A DNA stretch of 32,000 nucleotides from Candidatus Saccharimonadota bacterium (GCA_001897305.1 MKSO01000001.1:180001-212000); one strand, 5' to 3'. Counted from the stretch's first letter, positions 15,966 through 24,499 are shown. Made by a program: numbers and translations. Notes: a model not told the origin generated them from the sequence alone.

Positions 15966-16391
15966 ATGGCAAGATTTGTATGGGTGCGGCCAACACGGAG
16001 TGGAGTGTTGATGATAGTGGGAATTGTAGTCCTGGCAGCACTTTTGCTGGGCGGCCTTTTTTGGTTGAAACAAAGTGGTGAGCAAGCTCGACGCGGCGAG
16101 GCGATCTCAACCGCAGAGCAGCAGCTTCAGCAAGAAAGCGACAAGGGTGTGGCTTTGAACGAGGGTGACAAAGACCAAGATGCCTCTAAGGATCAGCAAA
16201 CAAACAATGATCAGACGCAATCTGAAAGTTCCTCGGCACCTAACGAGGGGAGTGGTAATTCAAGCACCCCACAAAGCGCGACTGAACTGCCCCAAACAGG
16301 CCCTGAAGCCAATCTATTAGGGCTTATAGTTGTTGCCCTGGTGACCTTCGTGGCAGTATCGTATTATCGTTCGCGACGCAGCTTAGCGTAG
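15966..16391 (+). CDS. Small LPXTG-anchored cell-surface protein (141 aa)
   Basis: GAGGAG Shine-Dalgarno sequence 9 nt upstream. It has an N-terminal TM/signal (VLMIVGIVVLAALLLGGLFWL) and a low-complexity acidic Q/S/N/D-rich middle. The C-terminal sortase signal is LPQTG, then a hydrophobic stretch (LLGLIVVALVTFVAVSYY), then RSRRS. Confidence 0.75.
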   Translation: MARFVWVRPTRSGVLMIVGIVVLAALLLGGLFWLKQSGEQARRGEAISTAEQQLQQESDKGVALNEGDKDQDASKDQQTNNDQTQSESSSAPNEGSGNSSTPQSATELPQTGPEANLLGLIVVALVTFVAVSYYRSRRSLA

Positions 16392-16406
16392 CTATCTGGC
16401 ATACGC

Positions 16407-16435
16407 TGGACTTATCTGTTCATCTGGGGTACAAT
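16407..16435 (+). promoter_or_regulatory. Putative rpsA promoter
   Basis: TGGACT (16407-16412), a 17-nt spacer, then TACAAT (16430-16435). It predicts a ~145-nt leader containing a tttttcgc...gcgaaaaa hairpin. Confidence 0.4.
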
Positions 16436-16588
16436 AGAGATAATCTGTGAGGAAAACCCTTTCTTACGTGTGCGCTTTTTCGCCTAATGAAAACAAGCGA
16501 AAAATACAGCATGGTGCCTCCGCGGCAGAACGGTTGATCTGGTTCTCTTCGAGAAAATATATTTTAAGGAAGGAGTCTGAAAAGACTT

Positions 16589-17668
16589 ATGGCTAAAGCC
16601 ACAATAACAATGGATGAGCTTCTTGCCCAAGAAGAAGCTGGTCTAAAGCAAGTAACACAGGGCGAAGTAATTGACGGAAAGGTGTTGAGTGTTCGTAAAC
16701 ACGAGATCCTCATCGACCTTGGTCCTCAAGGTATTGGCCTTGTACCACGTCGTGAAGTTGGGTTTTCACGCGCACTAAACGAAGGTGACGAAGTATCAGC
16801 AAGTATTGTTGATCCTGAGCTCGAGAACGGCTATGTGCTGCTCTCGCTTCGTAAGGCTGCAAAAGACAAGGGTTGGGACGAAGTTATCGCTAAGCTGGAA
16901 AGCGGCGAAATCATCGATGTTTCTCCATACGACGCTAACCGCGGTGGTCTGTTGGTTGAATACGAAGGTGTACGCGGGTTCTTGCCTGTGTCTCAACTTT
17001 CTGCAGAGCACTACCCACGTGTTGGCAGCAACGACAAGGATGAAATCCTCCAACGTCTTAACTCACTGACCAACCAAAGCCTCAAGGTACGTATTCTCGA
17101 TGCTGACCGTAAGGCAAACAAGCTGATCTTCTCTGAAAAGGAAGCAGTGAAAGAAGGCCTAGCAGCTCGCTTCGAGAAGCTTAAGGTAGGTGACAGCGTT
17201 AAGGGTGTTGCTACTGGTGTGGTTGACTACGGTATTTTCGTAAACGTTGAAGGTATCGAAGGTCTGGTACACATCTCAGAAATTAGCTGGGAACGTGTTA
17301 ACAACCCAAGTGACTACGTAAAGGTTGGCCAAACCATCGAAGCGAAAATTATCGCTATCGACAAGGACCGCCTCAGCCTTAGCATGAAGCAGCTCAGCGA
17401 AGACCCATGGCTCGGTGAAGTTGACCAATTCAAGGTTGGCGAAACTGTTGAAGGTACGGTCACTCGTATTACACCATTTGGTGCCTTCGTACAGATCAGC
17501 CCTGCCGTTGAAGCCCTGGTTCACGTATCTGAACTTGGCGACGGCGATGGTGCTGACCCAGAAAAAGTATTTACCCTCAACGAGCGTAAATCATTCGTTG
17601 TCCTCGACATCGAAAAAGAGAACCGCAAGATCTCTCTTGGTCTGCCTGGTTCAAAGAAGACTAAATAA
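16589..17668 (+). CDS. rpsA: 30S ribosomal protein S1 (four S1 domains, 359 aa)
   Basis: AAGGAAGGAG Shine-Dalgarno sequence. Four consecutive S1/OB motifs are present (G.V..G.V......G..V.L.....G..H.SE..), for example [33 protein letters not shown]. Confidence 0.88.
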   Translation: MAKATITMDELLAQEEAGLKQVTQGEVIDGKVLSVRKHEILIDLGPQGIGLVPRREVGFSRALNEGDEVSASIVDPELENGYVLLSLRKAAKDKGWDEVIAKLESGEIIDVSPYDANRGGLLVEYEGVRGFLPVSQLSAEHYPRVGSNDKDEILQRLNSLTNQSLKVRILDADRKANKLIFSEKEAVKEGLAARFEKLKVGDSVKGVATGVVDYGIFVNVEGIEGLVHISEISWERVNNPSDYVKVGQTIEAKIIAIDKDRLSLSMKQLSEDPWLGEVDQFKVGETVEGTVTRITPFGAFVQISPAVEALVHVSELGDGDGADPEKVFTLNERKSFVVLDIEKENRKISLGLPGSKKTK

Positions 17669-17689
17669 TACCGTTGGTAGTTAGTCGCC

Positions 17690-17714
17690 GGTAGGGAATA
17701 GCGCATTCCCTACC
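17690..17714 (+). other. Perfect 10-bp hairpin between rpsA and infB, with no U-tract
   Basis: ggtagggaat / agcgc / attccctacc. It is followed by aaacac, so it is not a canonical intrinsic terminator. It could be a partial terminator or an RNA processing or stability element. Confidence 0.4.
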
Positions 17715-17750
17715 AAACACTAATTACTAACACCGAAAAGGAGCATCAGC

Positions 17751-19553
17751 ATGGCCGAAAAAGTGTTATCGATTGCCAATTCAATTACCGTTGGCGAGCT
17801 CGCTGAGGTGTTAAACTTACCCGTAACAACCCTTATTGGGGAGCTTTTCAAAAACGGTATCGCTGCAACTATTAACCAGCGAATTGATTTTGAAACAGCG
17901 ACTATTATTGTGGACGAGCTTGGCCTCGACGTTGAGCTACAAAAAAAGGAAGCCAACGCCGCCGGTTCAGAGCGCGTTAAGCGAGAACTCACCGACAAAG
18001 CCGTTGACCGCCCGCCAATCGTAGCTGTCATGGGTCACGTTGACCATGGTAAAACCAGCTTACTCGATTCTATTCTTGGCCAGAAAGTAGTAGAAGGTGA
18101 AGCTGGCGGTATTACCCAACATATTAGCGCCTACCAAACAGTTCGTAATGGCCGTCCCATTACCTTACTTGATACCCCTGGCCACGAAGCCTTCGCTGCC
18201 TTGCGCCAACACGGGGCAACCCTTACTGACGTGGTTATTATCGTCGTTGCAGCCGACGATGGTGTGAAGCCGCAAACTATCGAGGCAATCCGTTTTGCCC
18301 GTACTGCCAACGCAAAAATCGTCGTTGCTATTAACAAGATCGACAAAGAAGCCGCCAACCCACAGCTGGTGAAGACCCAGCTTGCCACTGAACACAATTT
18401 GAACCCAGAAGAATGGGGTGGTGATACCGTTATGGTCGAGGTCAGTGCTAAAACTGGCCAAAATATCGACAAGTTGCTTGATATGGTACTGTTGGTGGCT
18501 GATATTGAAGAGTTAAAGGCTGAAATTGATGGTGCTGCTGAAGGGTTGGTTATTGAAGCTCACATGGAGACTGGCCGCGGTGCAGTGGTTGGCCTTTTGG
18601 TAGAGCAGGGTGTTGTTAAGCCGGGTGCTTTCTTGGTGGCGGGTACTACCTACGGTAAGGTACGCACCTTGCAAGATTTCGCCGGTAAGACTATTAAAGA
18701 AGCTGGCCCATCGACCCCAATTACCGTTACGGGTTTTAAAGAAGTACCACAGTTTGGTGATGTCTTCGAAGTAGTAAAGAATGAAAAAGAAGCTCGTGCC
18801 AAAGCAACAACCACACGTTTAGAGCGCGAAGCCAATGCTGCCAGCACCAACGTTACCGGTGCCGACCTTCTAAAGCTTATGACCCAAAAGCATGAAGCGG
18901 AGGACTTTAATGTTATTATTAAAGCCGACGTTCAGGGCTCACTAACCTCAGTTATCGATAGCCTTAAATTGATCGAAACCAATGGGGAAGTGTCGCTACA
19001 TGTAGTGAGTAGCGGTGTCGGTAATATTACCGAAAACGACGTTCGCCTGGCTAATGATGGCAAAACGGTTATTTATGGGTTTAACGTTGACTTACCGCCA
19101 GCCGTAAAACAACTGGCTACCCGCGAACGCGCTGAAGTTCGTTTATACAAGGTTATTTACGAACTGCTCGACGATGCCAAAAACTCAATGGAAAAACTAC
19201 TCGCCCCTGAGGTAGTAGAAACTGAAGTAGGAACGCTTGAAGTAAAGGGTGTCTTCCGTACTATGAAAGACGAAGTTATCGCCGGTGGCTTGGTAAAAAG
19301 CGGTAAAGTAACCCCAGGCTTATTAGTCCGCATGAAACGCGGTAAAGTATCGGCCTTTGGTGCCGATGATGCCACGGCTGAAATTCTTGGTGAAGCCGAA
19401 ATTACTGGTTTGCAACGCGAGAAAATCGAAGCCAAAGAAGTCTTTGAAGGTGACCTGTGTGGGCTTAATCTAAAAACCCACAAGAAAACCTTGCTGGAAA
19501 TTGGCGATACGCTCGAATTCTTTACGCGCGAAGTTGTTGAGCGACATTTGTAA
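17751..19553 (+). CDS. infB: Translation initiation factor IF-2 (short form, 600 aa)
   Basis: AAAAGGAG Shine-Dalgarno sequence. G-domain motifs are [25 protein letters not shown] and SAKTG. They are followed by the beta-barrel and C-terminal domains typical of IF-2. Confidence 0.96.
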   Translation: MAEKVLSIANSITVGELAEVLNLPVTTLIGELFKNGIAATINQRIDFETATIIVDELGLDVELQKKEANAAGSERVKRELTDKAVDRPPIVAVMGHVDHGKTSLLDSILGQKVVEGEAGGITQHISAYQTVRNGRPITLLDTPGHEAFAALRQHGATLTDVVIIVVAADDGVKPQTIEAIRFARTANAKIVVAINKIDKEAANPQLVKTQLATEHNLNPEEWGGDTVMVEVSAKTGQNIDKLLDMVLLVADIEELKAEIDGAAEGLVIEAHMETGRGAVVGLLVEQGVVKPGAFLVAGTTYGKVRTLQDFAGKTIKEAGPSTPITVTGFKEVPQFGDVFEVVKNEKEARAKATTTRLEREANAASTNVTGADLLKLMTQKHEAEDFNVIIKADVQGSLTSVIDSLKLIETNGEVSLHVVSSGVGNITENDVRLANDGKTVIYGFNVDLPPAVKQLATRERAEVRLYKVIYELLDDAKNSMEKLLAPEVVETEVGTLEVKGVFRTMKDEVIAGGLVKSGKVTPGLLVRMKRGKVSAFGADDATAEILGEAEITGLQREKIEAKEVFEGDLCGLNLKTHKKTLLEIGDTLEFFTREVVERHL

Positions 19554-19629
19554 TAATCGTTGAAACCCGGTGCGAAGCCAGTCTGAAAATGAATGATGGT
19601 TAGGTGTATTTCGTATATTCTTACAAATA

Positions 19630-19656
19630 AAAAAGCACCCTTCGGGGTGTTTTTGC
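19630..19656 (+). terminator. Rho-independent terminator after infB
   Basis: aaaaagcaccc / ttcg / gggtgttttt, a GC stem with a UUCG-type loop and a T-run. Confidence 0.8.
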
Positions 19657-19735
19657 ATTCAGTTCTAATTAAGAGAGGTGCCGCCCGGGCACCGCGTTCC
19701 ACCATAAAGGTGTACTTGCGGTGCCCGAGGCGGAG

Positions 19736-19755
19736 CCCCTGTCACATGATCAGGA
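19736..19755. repeat. Left copy of the inverted repeat bracketing the high-GC gene
   Basis: The reverse complement of cccctgtcacatgatcagga is tcctgatCATgtgacagggg. This equals the right copy except for a 3-nt indel. It overlaps the TGA stop codon of the island gene. Confidence 0.7.
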
Positions 19756-20427
19756 CGACGCGGTGGGCGTGACGCCGACTTTGGCGAGCAGCGGGAGGAG
19801 GGTGTCCTTGCTCAGCTTCTTGTGGTCGTCCTCCGAGATCACCTTCACGGTGGTCTTCGAGATACCCGTCCGGATGTGCTCCTCCTTCATGTTGGCGATG
19901 GCCGTGGCGGTCGTCATGATCAGCGGCTTGATGTCGCTGATCTTGACCATGCCGGTCGGCGCGTCGCCGTTGGTGACCGCGTTCGCGTTGGCGGTGAGCT
20001 CGTCGTTCTTGCGACGCAGCTCGACCAGCTCCTTGGGAACACCGGTGGCATCCAGCTCGCTGTCCTTGATGTAGCCCGGGTGGTCCGGGACGATACCGCG
20101 GGCGACGTAGTTCTTGCGGGCGGGGGGCAGCGAGTCCAGCACGACGCGCAACGCGTCGGTGGGCTCGATCGAGGACGGCGAACTGCTGTCCAGACGAGCC
20201 TGGGTGGCAGCGCGGGTGTCCTCATCGACGAGACCGTCGATGAGCGCGGTGAGCGCGACGGCGATCTTCGGCGAGACGGTTCCGGCCTTCAGCAGGCTCT
20301 GGAGCTTGTTCGACGAGGCGAACAGTTCCAGGCGAGCGTCCGTCACGTTGGCGACGAGCTGCTGCTCGCCGCGCTCGGTGGCTGCGTCGAGCATGTCGAT
20401 GTCGGTGGTCGTGGTGGGAGTGGACAT
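19750..20427 (-). CDS. Hypothetical protein (225 aa) with actinobacterial-type codon usage; function unknown
   Basis: The start is the ATG at 20427, preceded by GAAAGGAA (the 25 codons upstream in the ORF track are probably not translated). Of the first 30 codons, 28 end in G or C, against 11/30 for the neighbouring gene at 20752. The protein has a Thr-rich N-terminus, a short ELVELRRKNDEL helix and an ISEDDHKKLSKDTLLPLLAKVGV tail. I do not recognise the family. Confidence 0.68.
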   Translation of the reverse strand: MSTPTTTTDIDMLDAATERGEQQLVANVTDARLELFASSNKLQSLLKAGTVSPKIAVALTALIDGLVDEDTRAATQARLDSSSPSSIEPTDALRVVLDSLPPARKNYVARGIVPDHPGYIKDSELDATGVPKELVELRRKNDELTANANAVTNGDAPTGMVKISDIKPLIMTTATAIANMKEEHIRTGISKTTVKVISEDDHKKLSKDTLLPLLAKVGVTPTASS

Positions 20428-20528
20428 TGTGTTTCCTTTCGTGGGGCGCGGTGCGCCGGGAGGGGTGAGACAATGTCGACACCTACGGAGGTGCCGACAC
20501 AAGTGTTAAGTTATAAGCTTGTGTGGCA

Positions 20529-20545
20529 TCCTGATGTGACAGGGG
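20529..20545. repeat. Right copy of the inverted repeat bracketing the high-GC gene
   Basis: tcctgatgtgacagggg matches the reverse complement of 19736-19755 at 17/17 positions apart from the 3-nt indel. It is followed directly by a perfect 9-bp hairpin, gtcgtgcga/atgga/tcgcacgac (20547-20569). Confidence 0.7.
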
Positions 20546-20711
20546 TGTCGTGCGAATGGATCGCACGACGTACCAGGGCTTATAAAAGCCACAGTATGTC
20601 GCGCGATCACATTTCACACCTTTTTAATGATCAGCGAGGGTATTGCACCTCACGTATGCATAGGATTATAGCACTTATTTGATTTTTTGTCAATAACCAT
20701 AAACAAATACA

Positions 20712-20740
20712 TTGACTTGCGAGTATAACTTTGCTATAAC
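20712..20740 (+). promoter_or_regulatory. Putative promoter of the 20752 gene
   Basis: TTGACT (20712-20717), a 17-nt spacer, then TATAAC (20735-20740) preceded by TGc. The ATG lies only 11 nt downstream, so the leader is very short or absent. Confidence 0.5.
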
Positions 20741-20751
20741 CAGGGGTAAGT

Positions 20752-22389
20752 ATGGAACTTACCGCTCCAGAACACCAAAATACCTCAAATAACCCAGAAA
20801 CGACCGTTGATAAAGAGGCAGCCCTTGCATACGCATTGGGTATTGATCAAATTGCCGATATGCGCGCTCGGCAGGTTAAAGCTTTTAACCAAGCGTGGGA
20901 AACCGCACAAGAAAATGGGGTAGGTATTGATGATCTGCTTATTGAAGCTAAAAATGCAGCTCGTTTAGTAGGTGATGAATATACTAGTAGCATTGTTGAT
21001 ACTGGTTTTTATGATGATGAAGTAGCAGATAGAGCAAAAGGTATCGTGGAGAAGTACTCTTTTCTTTCTATGTCCGAGCACGAATGGCGTCTTGGTAAAG
21101 TAGACAACGACGGGAATGTAGAGCGAAAAAGTGGGCGAGAACGCTTGAGTGATGATTCAGAAGAACTCTTACAATCTATTCCAGCCGGGGCTTCGCGTAC
21201 AGAAGCAGTTGATCCTTATATCGAAGCCGAACGAAATACGTTAGTACGGCTTCGTGAGGAAGTTGCTAAATTAAGCGCCAAACGCCAAGGTCGCCTATGG
21301 GGCGATGGTGGCGAAGCTTATAGTGAGGCAGTCAAGGCGTATAACGCTCAGGTTGTAAAACTTGGTAGACTCGAGAAAAAAGACATTATAGAAGACGAAA
21401 CCATCTCGGATGTTACTAAAAAAGCCGAGGTTGTCGGCTACCTGTTTCAAGAGCAGAATGAGCTGCGTAAAGCTTCGGTTGAGAAACTTGAAAATACAGC
21501 CGTTTCAAAGTTTGTTGAATTTATGAACAGAGGTAATATTGCTCAGCGAATCGCTAAAGGAGTTGCCTTGGGTGTAGGTGCCTCTGTTATAGCCGCCGGT
21601 GCGGGTGCTGTGATTGGTATCGCTGGCGGTGCTGCCATTGTTGGTGGTGCTACGGCGGGTATTATTGGTGCTGGACGCTTTGCTCGTGGTTTTGCCCGTA
21701 GTGACGCAAAACGTGGTCGCGGCCTGCAAGAACTGAACGATATTAGCCACTTAGAGAAAGCCCAGAATGTAGAAGTTGAGAATGATAACCATTTCGACGC
21801 CATCTTCTCGCATTTTCAAGAAAACTACGAGAAAGACATTGATAAAGAACAGGCTAAGCGACGCCGTTCGGTGATTGCCGGTTTGGGCGGTATCGCTCTT
21901 GGTACTGGAATCGGTGCGGCCGTTGCATTCGCAGCTGATGCCCTCCCTGGTGTAGAAGGTTGGTTCAACAGGGGTCCATCGTTACCATTTGCTGATCAGC
22001 ACGTCGGTGCCGAAGCCGCTCCACAAGATCATGGCGGGTACACTCAGGGTGAAGGCTCCCATGCTGAGACCGGCAGTCCCGACACGGGTCAGACCGGTAG
22101 CGGCGCCGAAGGTGAAGGTAAGACGTTCCTTCCTAACGCTGATACGGCTAACGAAATAGCTCCGACTTTTGACCCTAACTTTGTTATTGATAGTGGCGAG
22201 GGTGGTATTCATTTCTTCCAAGACCTCGGCTTAACCGAGTCTAACTGGTATGAAGTACAGAACGAATTACTACAAAACTATCCTAATGACTTCTACTCGA
22301 TGGGCGATGGTAATGTTGGCCTAGCACACCCCGGCCAACTTTCTCTGGAGGCGCAGCAATTTATTAAGGCGCGCTTTAGTTTACCATAA
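20752..22389 (+). CDS. Hypothetical membrane protein (545 aa) with two glycine-zipper TM regions
   Basis: It has a long helical, charged N-terminal half. The TM regions are GVALGVGASVIAAGAGAVIGIAGGAAIVGGATAGIIGAG and VIAGLGGIALGTGIGAAVAFAA. A G/T/E-rich linker and a C-terminal globular region (IDSGEGGIHFFQDLGL) follow. No family was recognised. Confidence 0.7.
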   Translation: MELTAPEHQNTSNNPETTVDKEAALAYALGIDQIADMRARQVKAFNQAWETAQENGVGIDDLLIEAKNAARLVGDEYTSSIVDTGFYDDEVADRAKGIVEKYSFLSMSEHEWRLGKVDNDGNVERKSGRERLSDDSEELLQSIPAGASRTEAVDPYIEAERNTLVRLREEVAKLSAKRQGRLWGDGGEAYSEAVKAYNAQVVKLGRLEKKDIIEDETISDVTKKAEVVGYLFQEQNELRKASVEKLENTAVSKFVEFMNRGNIAQRIAKGVALGVGASVIAAGAGAVIGIAGGAAIVGGATAGIIGAGRFARGFARSDAKRGRGLQELNDISHLEKAQNVEVENDNHFDAIFSHFQENYEKDIDKEQAKRRRSVIAGLGGIALGTGIGAAVAFAADALPGVEGWFNRGPSLPFADQHVGAEAAPQDHGGYTQGEGSHAETGSPDTGQTGSGAEGEGKTFLPNADTANEIAPTFDPNFVIDSGEGGIHFFQDLGLTESNWYEVQNELLQNYPNDFYSMGDGNVGLAHPGQLSLEAQQFIKARFSLP

Positions 22390-22450
22390 GCAAACTCGAC
22401 CCCTTAGCGGATACTTGATATAATAAAAATAACGTAAACAGGAAAATCAC

Positions 22451-22885
22451 ATGTTTCAACTCGACGACCAATTTTTACAAGATATCGGACTAGCCGAACT
22501 GCCAGAAGAGCAGCGTAAGCCTTTCTTGCAGCACGTCTATGACCAGCTGGAATATCGCGTTGGTGTTCGCCTTAGTGAGGGTATGAGTGATGCTCAATTG
22601 GAAGAGTTCGAAGCGATTATCGACAAAAAGCCCGAGGTGGTCGACGCTTGGGTGGCTCAGTATGCACCAGCTTACCAAAGTGATGAATTATTTACTAAAA
22701 TTCAAACCGCCAGCGGGCTTGCCACTGAAGACCCGCTTGTAAAGTCGGAATACGCTGCTACTAAATGGCTCGAAGTGAACCGCCCAGACTATCGCGATGT
22801 GGTTGCGAAAACACTTGAAGAGTTGAAGCAAGAAATTATCCAAAACCGCGATGCGATTTTGGGTACCGCACCAGCAGCTCAATAA
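22451..22885 (+). CDS. Conserved hypothetical cytoplasmic protein (144 aa; resembles the DUF5663-type FL.D.GL..LPEE.K..FL.H.Y..LE.RVG family)
   Basis: Extended -10 TGATATAAT at 22416-22424 and an AGGAAAA Shine-Dalgarno sequence. The N-terminal motif is MFQLDDQFLQDIGLAELPEEQRKPFLQHVYDQLEYRVGVRLSEGMSDAQLEEFE. The family assignment is from memory only. Confidence 0.55.
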   Translation: MFQLDDQFLQDIGLAELPEEQRKPFLQHVYDQLEYRVGVRLSEGMSDAQLEEFEAIIDKKPEVVDAWVAQYAPAYQSDELFTKIQTASGLATEDPLVKSEYAATKWLEVNRPDYRDVVAKTLEELKQEIIQNRDAILGTAPAAQ

Positions 22886-22888
22886 TTA

Positions 22889-23911
22889 CTAGATAAACAA
22901 ATCTTTAAGCAAATGTCCGTAGCCGTTGACGAAGTCACGGGCGGACATTTCTTTTTTACCGGCTGGCTGTAGGCGGGTGATTTGATAGTAGGTTTGTAGA
23001 CCCCGGCTATCTAGGCCAGCCGTTACGTAAAGCAACGGGTAGTCCTGATCATCTTTTAATTTGAGCTGCTCGCCATCAATAAAAGCCGTGCCCGGAACGC
23101 TTGATTCTTGGCGAACTGGGTATACCATTGTTCCATCGGCGATGCGCACCGTGATGCCGGCTATCTCAGTTGAGCTGCCGGGCCAGCCGCGATAGGCAGT
23201 AATTTCTGCAGCAATGCGCTCAACTGGTTTGCTCCAGTCTATGATGCCGTCTTGCTTGGTAATCATGTGGCAGTAGGTAGCCTGTGAATCATCTTGCGCA
23301 ACGGCTGGAATCTCGCCTGAAATAATACCCGGTAGTGTCTCTATAAGCATTTCGACGCCAAGTAAGCCGAGGCTGGTGTAAAGGTTTTCTTTAACGTCCG
23401 ATAAACCATGCAGATCACGGTATTTATCAAGATCGATTGTTTTCTGGGCATAGATTGGACCGGCGTCCATTTCGGCGGAGAGCTTCATAATGGTTACCCC
23501 AGCTTCAGCGTCGTTATTAAGAATAGTCGTTTCAATAGGCGAAGGGCCGCGGTATCTCGGTAGCAACGAGGGGTGAATATTAATAATACCAGGGTCAAAT
23601 AGATCAAGTGTTGATTGAGGAATAATACGCCCGAAACTAACCAGTACACCTATAACAGGTTGTAGGGCTTTGATCTTATCAGTAATCTCGCTTAGCTTAG
23701 AAGGTTGCCACACTTCTATGTCGTGCTCTTCGGCAAACGTTTTAACCGGCGGGGCGATGGTTTTCTTGCCGCGACCTTTTGTCAGGTCTGGTTTTGTAAC
23801 GACCGCTGCGATTGGATACTTTGCTTCAATGAGTTTTTTCAAAACCAGCAGACTCAATTCCTCGGTTCCAAAAAAGATGATAGGGCGAGAGATTGCGGCT
23901 TTGGTTACCAT
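22889..23911 (-). CDS. fmt: Methionyl-tRNA formyltransferase
   Basis: IIFFGT..., VVTKPD...GRG, and NIHPSLLPRYRGPSPI (the formyltransferase catalytic motif), followed by the C-terminal OB-like domain. The start is set at the ATG at 23911, 2 nt after the def stop and preceded by GGAG. The GTG at 23926 is an alternative. Confidence 0.92.
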   Translation of the reverse strand: MVTKAAISRPIIFFGTEELSLLVLKKLIEAKYPIAAVVTKPDLTKGRGKKTIAPPVKTFAEEHDIEVWQPSKLSEITDKIKALQPVIGVLVSFGRIIPQSTLDLFDPGIINIHPSLLPRYRGPSPIETTILNNDAEAGVTIMKLSAEMDAGPIYAQKTIDLDKYRDLHGLSDVKENLYTSLGLLGVEMLIETLPGIISGEIPAVAQDDSQATYCHMITKQDGIIDWSKPVERIAAEITAYRGWPGSSTEIAGITVRIADGTMVYPVRQESSVPGTAFIDGEQLKLKDDQDYPLLYVTAGLDSRGLQTYYQITRLQPAGKKEMSARDFVNGYGHLLKDLFI

Positions 23912-23913
23912 AC

Positions 23914-24492
23914 CTATTCGCTCCACAGAACGGGGCTGTCTTTGATGTGCTCGTCATAATTAAGCGGCACTAATTCGCCCTTCTCGTTGAGAGTGTAGAA
24001 AGCGCCGGTACTATCTTTAATATGGTCAATAAATACGATGCCGTTGGTGTGGTCGATTTCGTGTTGAATAACGCGTGCTAAAAAGCCATCGGCTTTAAAA
24101 CGTACTTCTTGGCCATCAATGTTGAGAGCGCGAACCCGGATTTTACTATAGCGGGGAACTTTACCGTAAATGTCTTTTACACTTAGGCAGCCTTCGTAGT
24201 CTTCGACTAATTCGCCTTCATACTTAACGATTTCTGGGTTAATAAGAGCGGTAAAATCATTATTTGCTTTATCGTCAAAGTCACTGCGAACAATAACGAC
24301 ACGCGACAGGCGGTCCACTTGAACAGCCGCCAAGGCAGCACTAATTTCGTGTGGGCGAGAGGCCTCCCAGTCAATTGCAGCCGCGGTCATATCCTTGATG
24401 AGAGCGAGTGTCGCGTCATCAATACTTTGTATTTTGTCGGATTTTGTACGCAAATGCGGGTTGGGCAGGGTGATAATATCGTCTTTAGTCAT
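23914..24492 (-). CDS. def: Peptide deformylase
   Basis: All three signature motifs are present: ..ALAAVQV (G.AA.Q-like), EGCLS and QHEIDH. Confidence 0.94.
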   Translation of the reverse strand: MTKDDIITLPNPHLRTKSDKIQSIDDATLALIKDMTAAAIDWEASRPHEISAALAAVQVDRLSRVVIVRSDFDDKANNDFTALINPEIVKYEGELVEDYEGCLSVKDIYGKVPRYSKIRVRALNIDGQEVRFKADGFLARVIQHEIDHTNGIVFIDHIKDSTGAFYTLNEKGELVPLNYDEHIKDSPVLWSE

Positions 24493-24499
24493 TGGCCAT

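Larger units (their letters stand above)
19677..20495. other. Compositionally foreign high-GC island, probably horizontally acquired DNA
   Basis: There is a sharp shift in base composition. For example, 20221-20280 contains 40/60 G+C, against 27/60 in 20761-20820 just outside. ORFs of 60-290 aa appear in several frames on both strands, as expected for high-GC DNA. Confidence 0.75.

Noticed and set aside
17720-18031. 103-aa minus-strand ORF overlapping the infB start
   Set aside because: It is antisense to the highly conserved IF-2 N-terminus, with a Ser/Ala-rich low-complexity translation.
19557-19590. Possible degenerate fragment of the hairpin-element family just after infB. ATCGTTGAAACCC-GGTGCGAAGCCAGTCTGA compares with ATCGAAACC.. 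plus GCGAGGACTGTCTGA (12/15 in the second part). GAGGCGGAG at 19726-19734 resembles the arm motif.
   Set aside because: It is too short and too mismatched, with no inverted arms. It cannot be distinguished from chance without a genome-wide model. I note it only as something to test once a covariance model or HMM of the family exists.
19721-20682. Plus-strand ORFs across the high-GC island (286 aa at 19822-20682, 117 aa, 131 aa) and other minus-strand frames (101 aa, 86 aa)
   Set aside because: High-GC DNA is depleted in stop codons in all frames. These translations are Arg/Gly/Asp-rich nonsense. Only the minus-strand frame ending at 19750 shows the strong third-position G/C bias, an ATG with a Shine-Dalgarno sequence, and a protein-like sequence.
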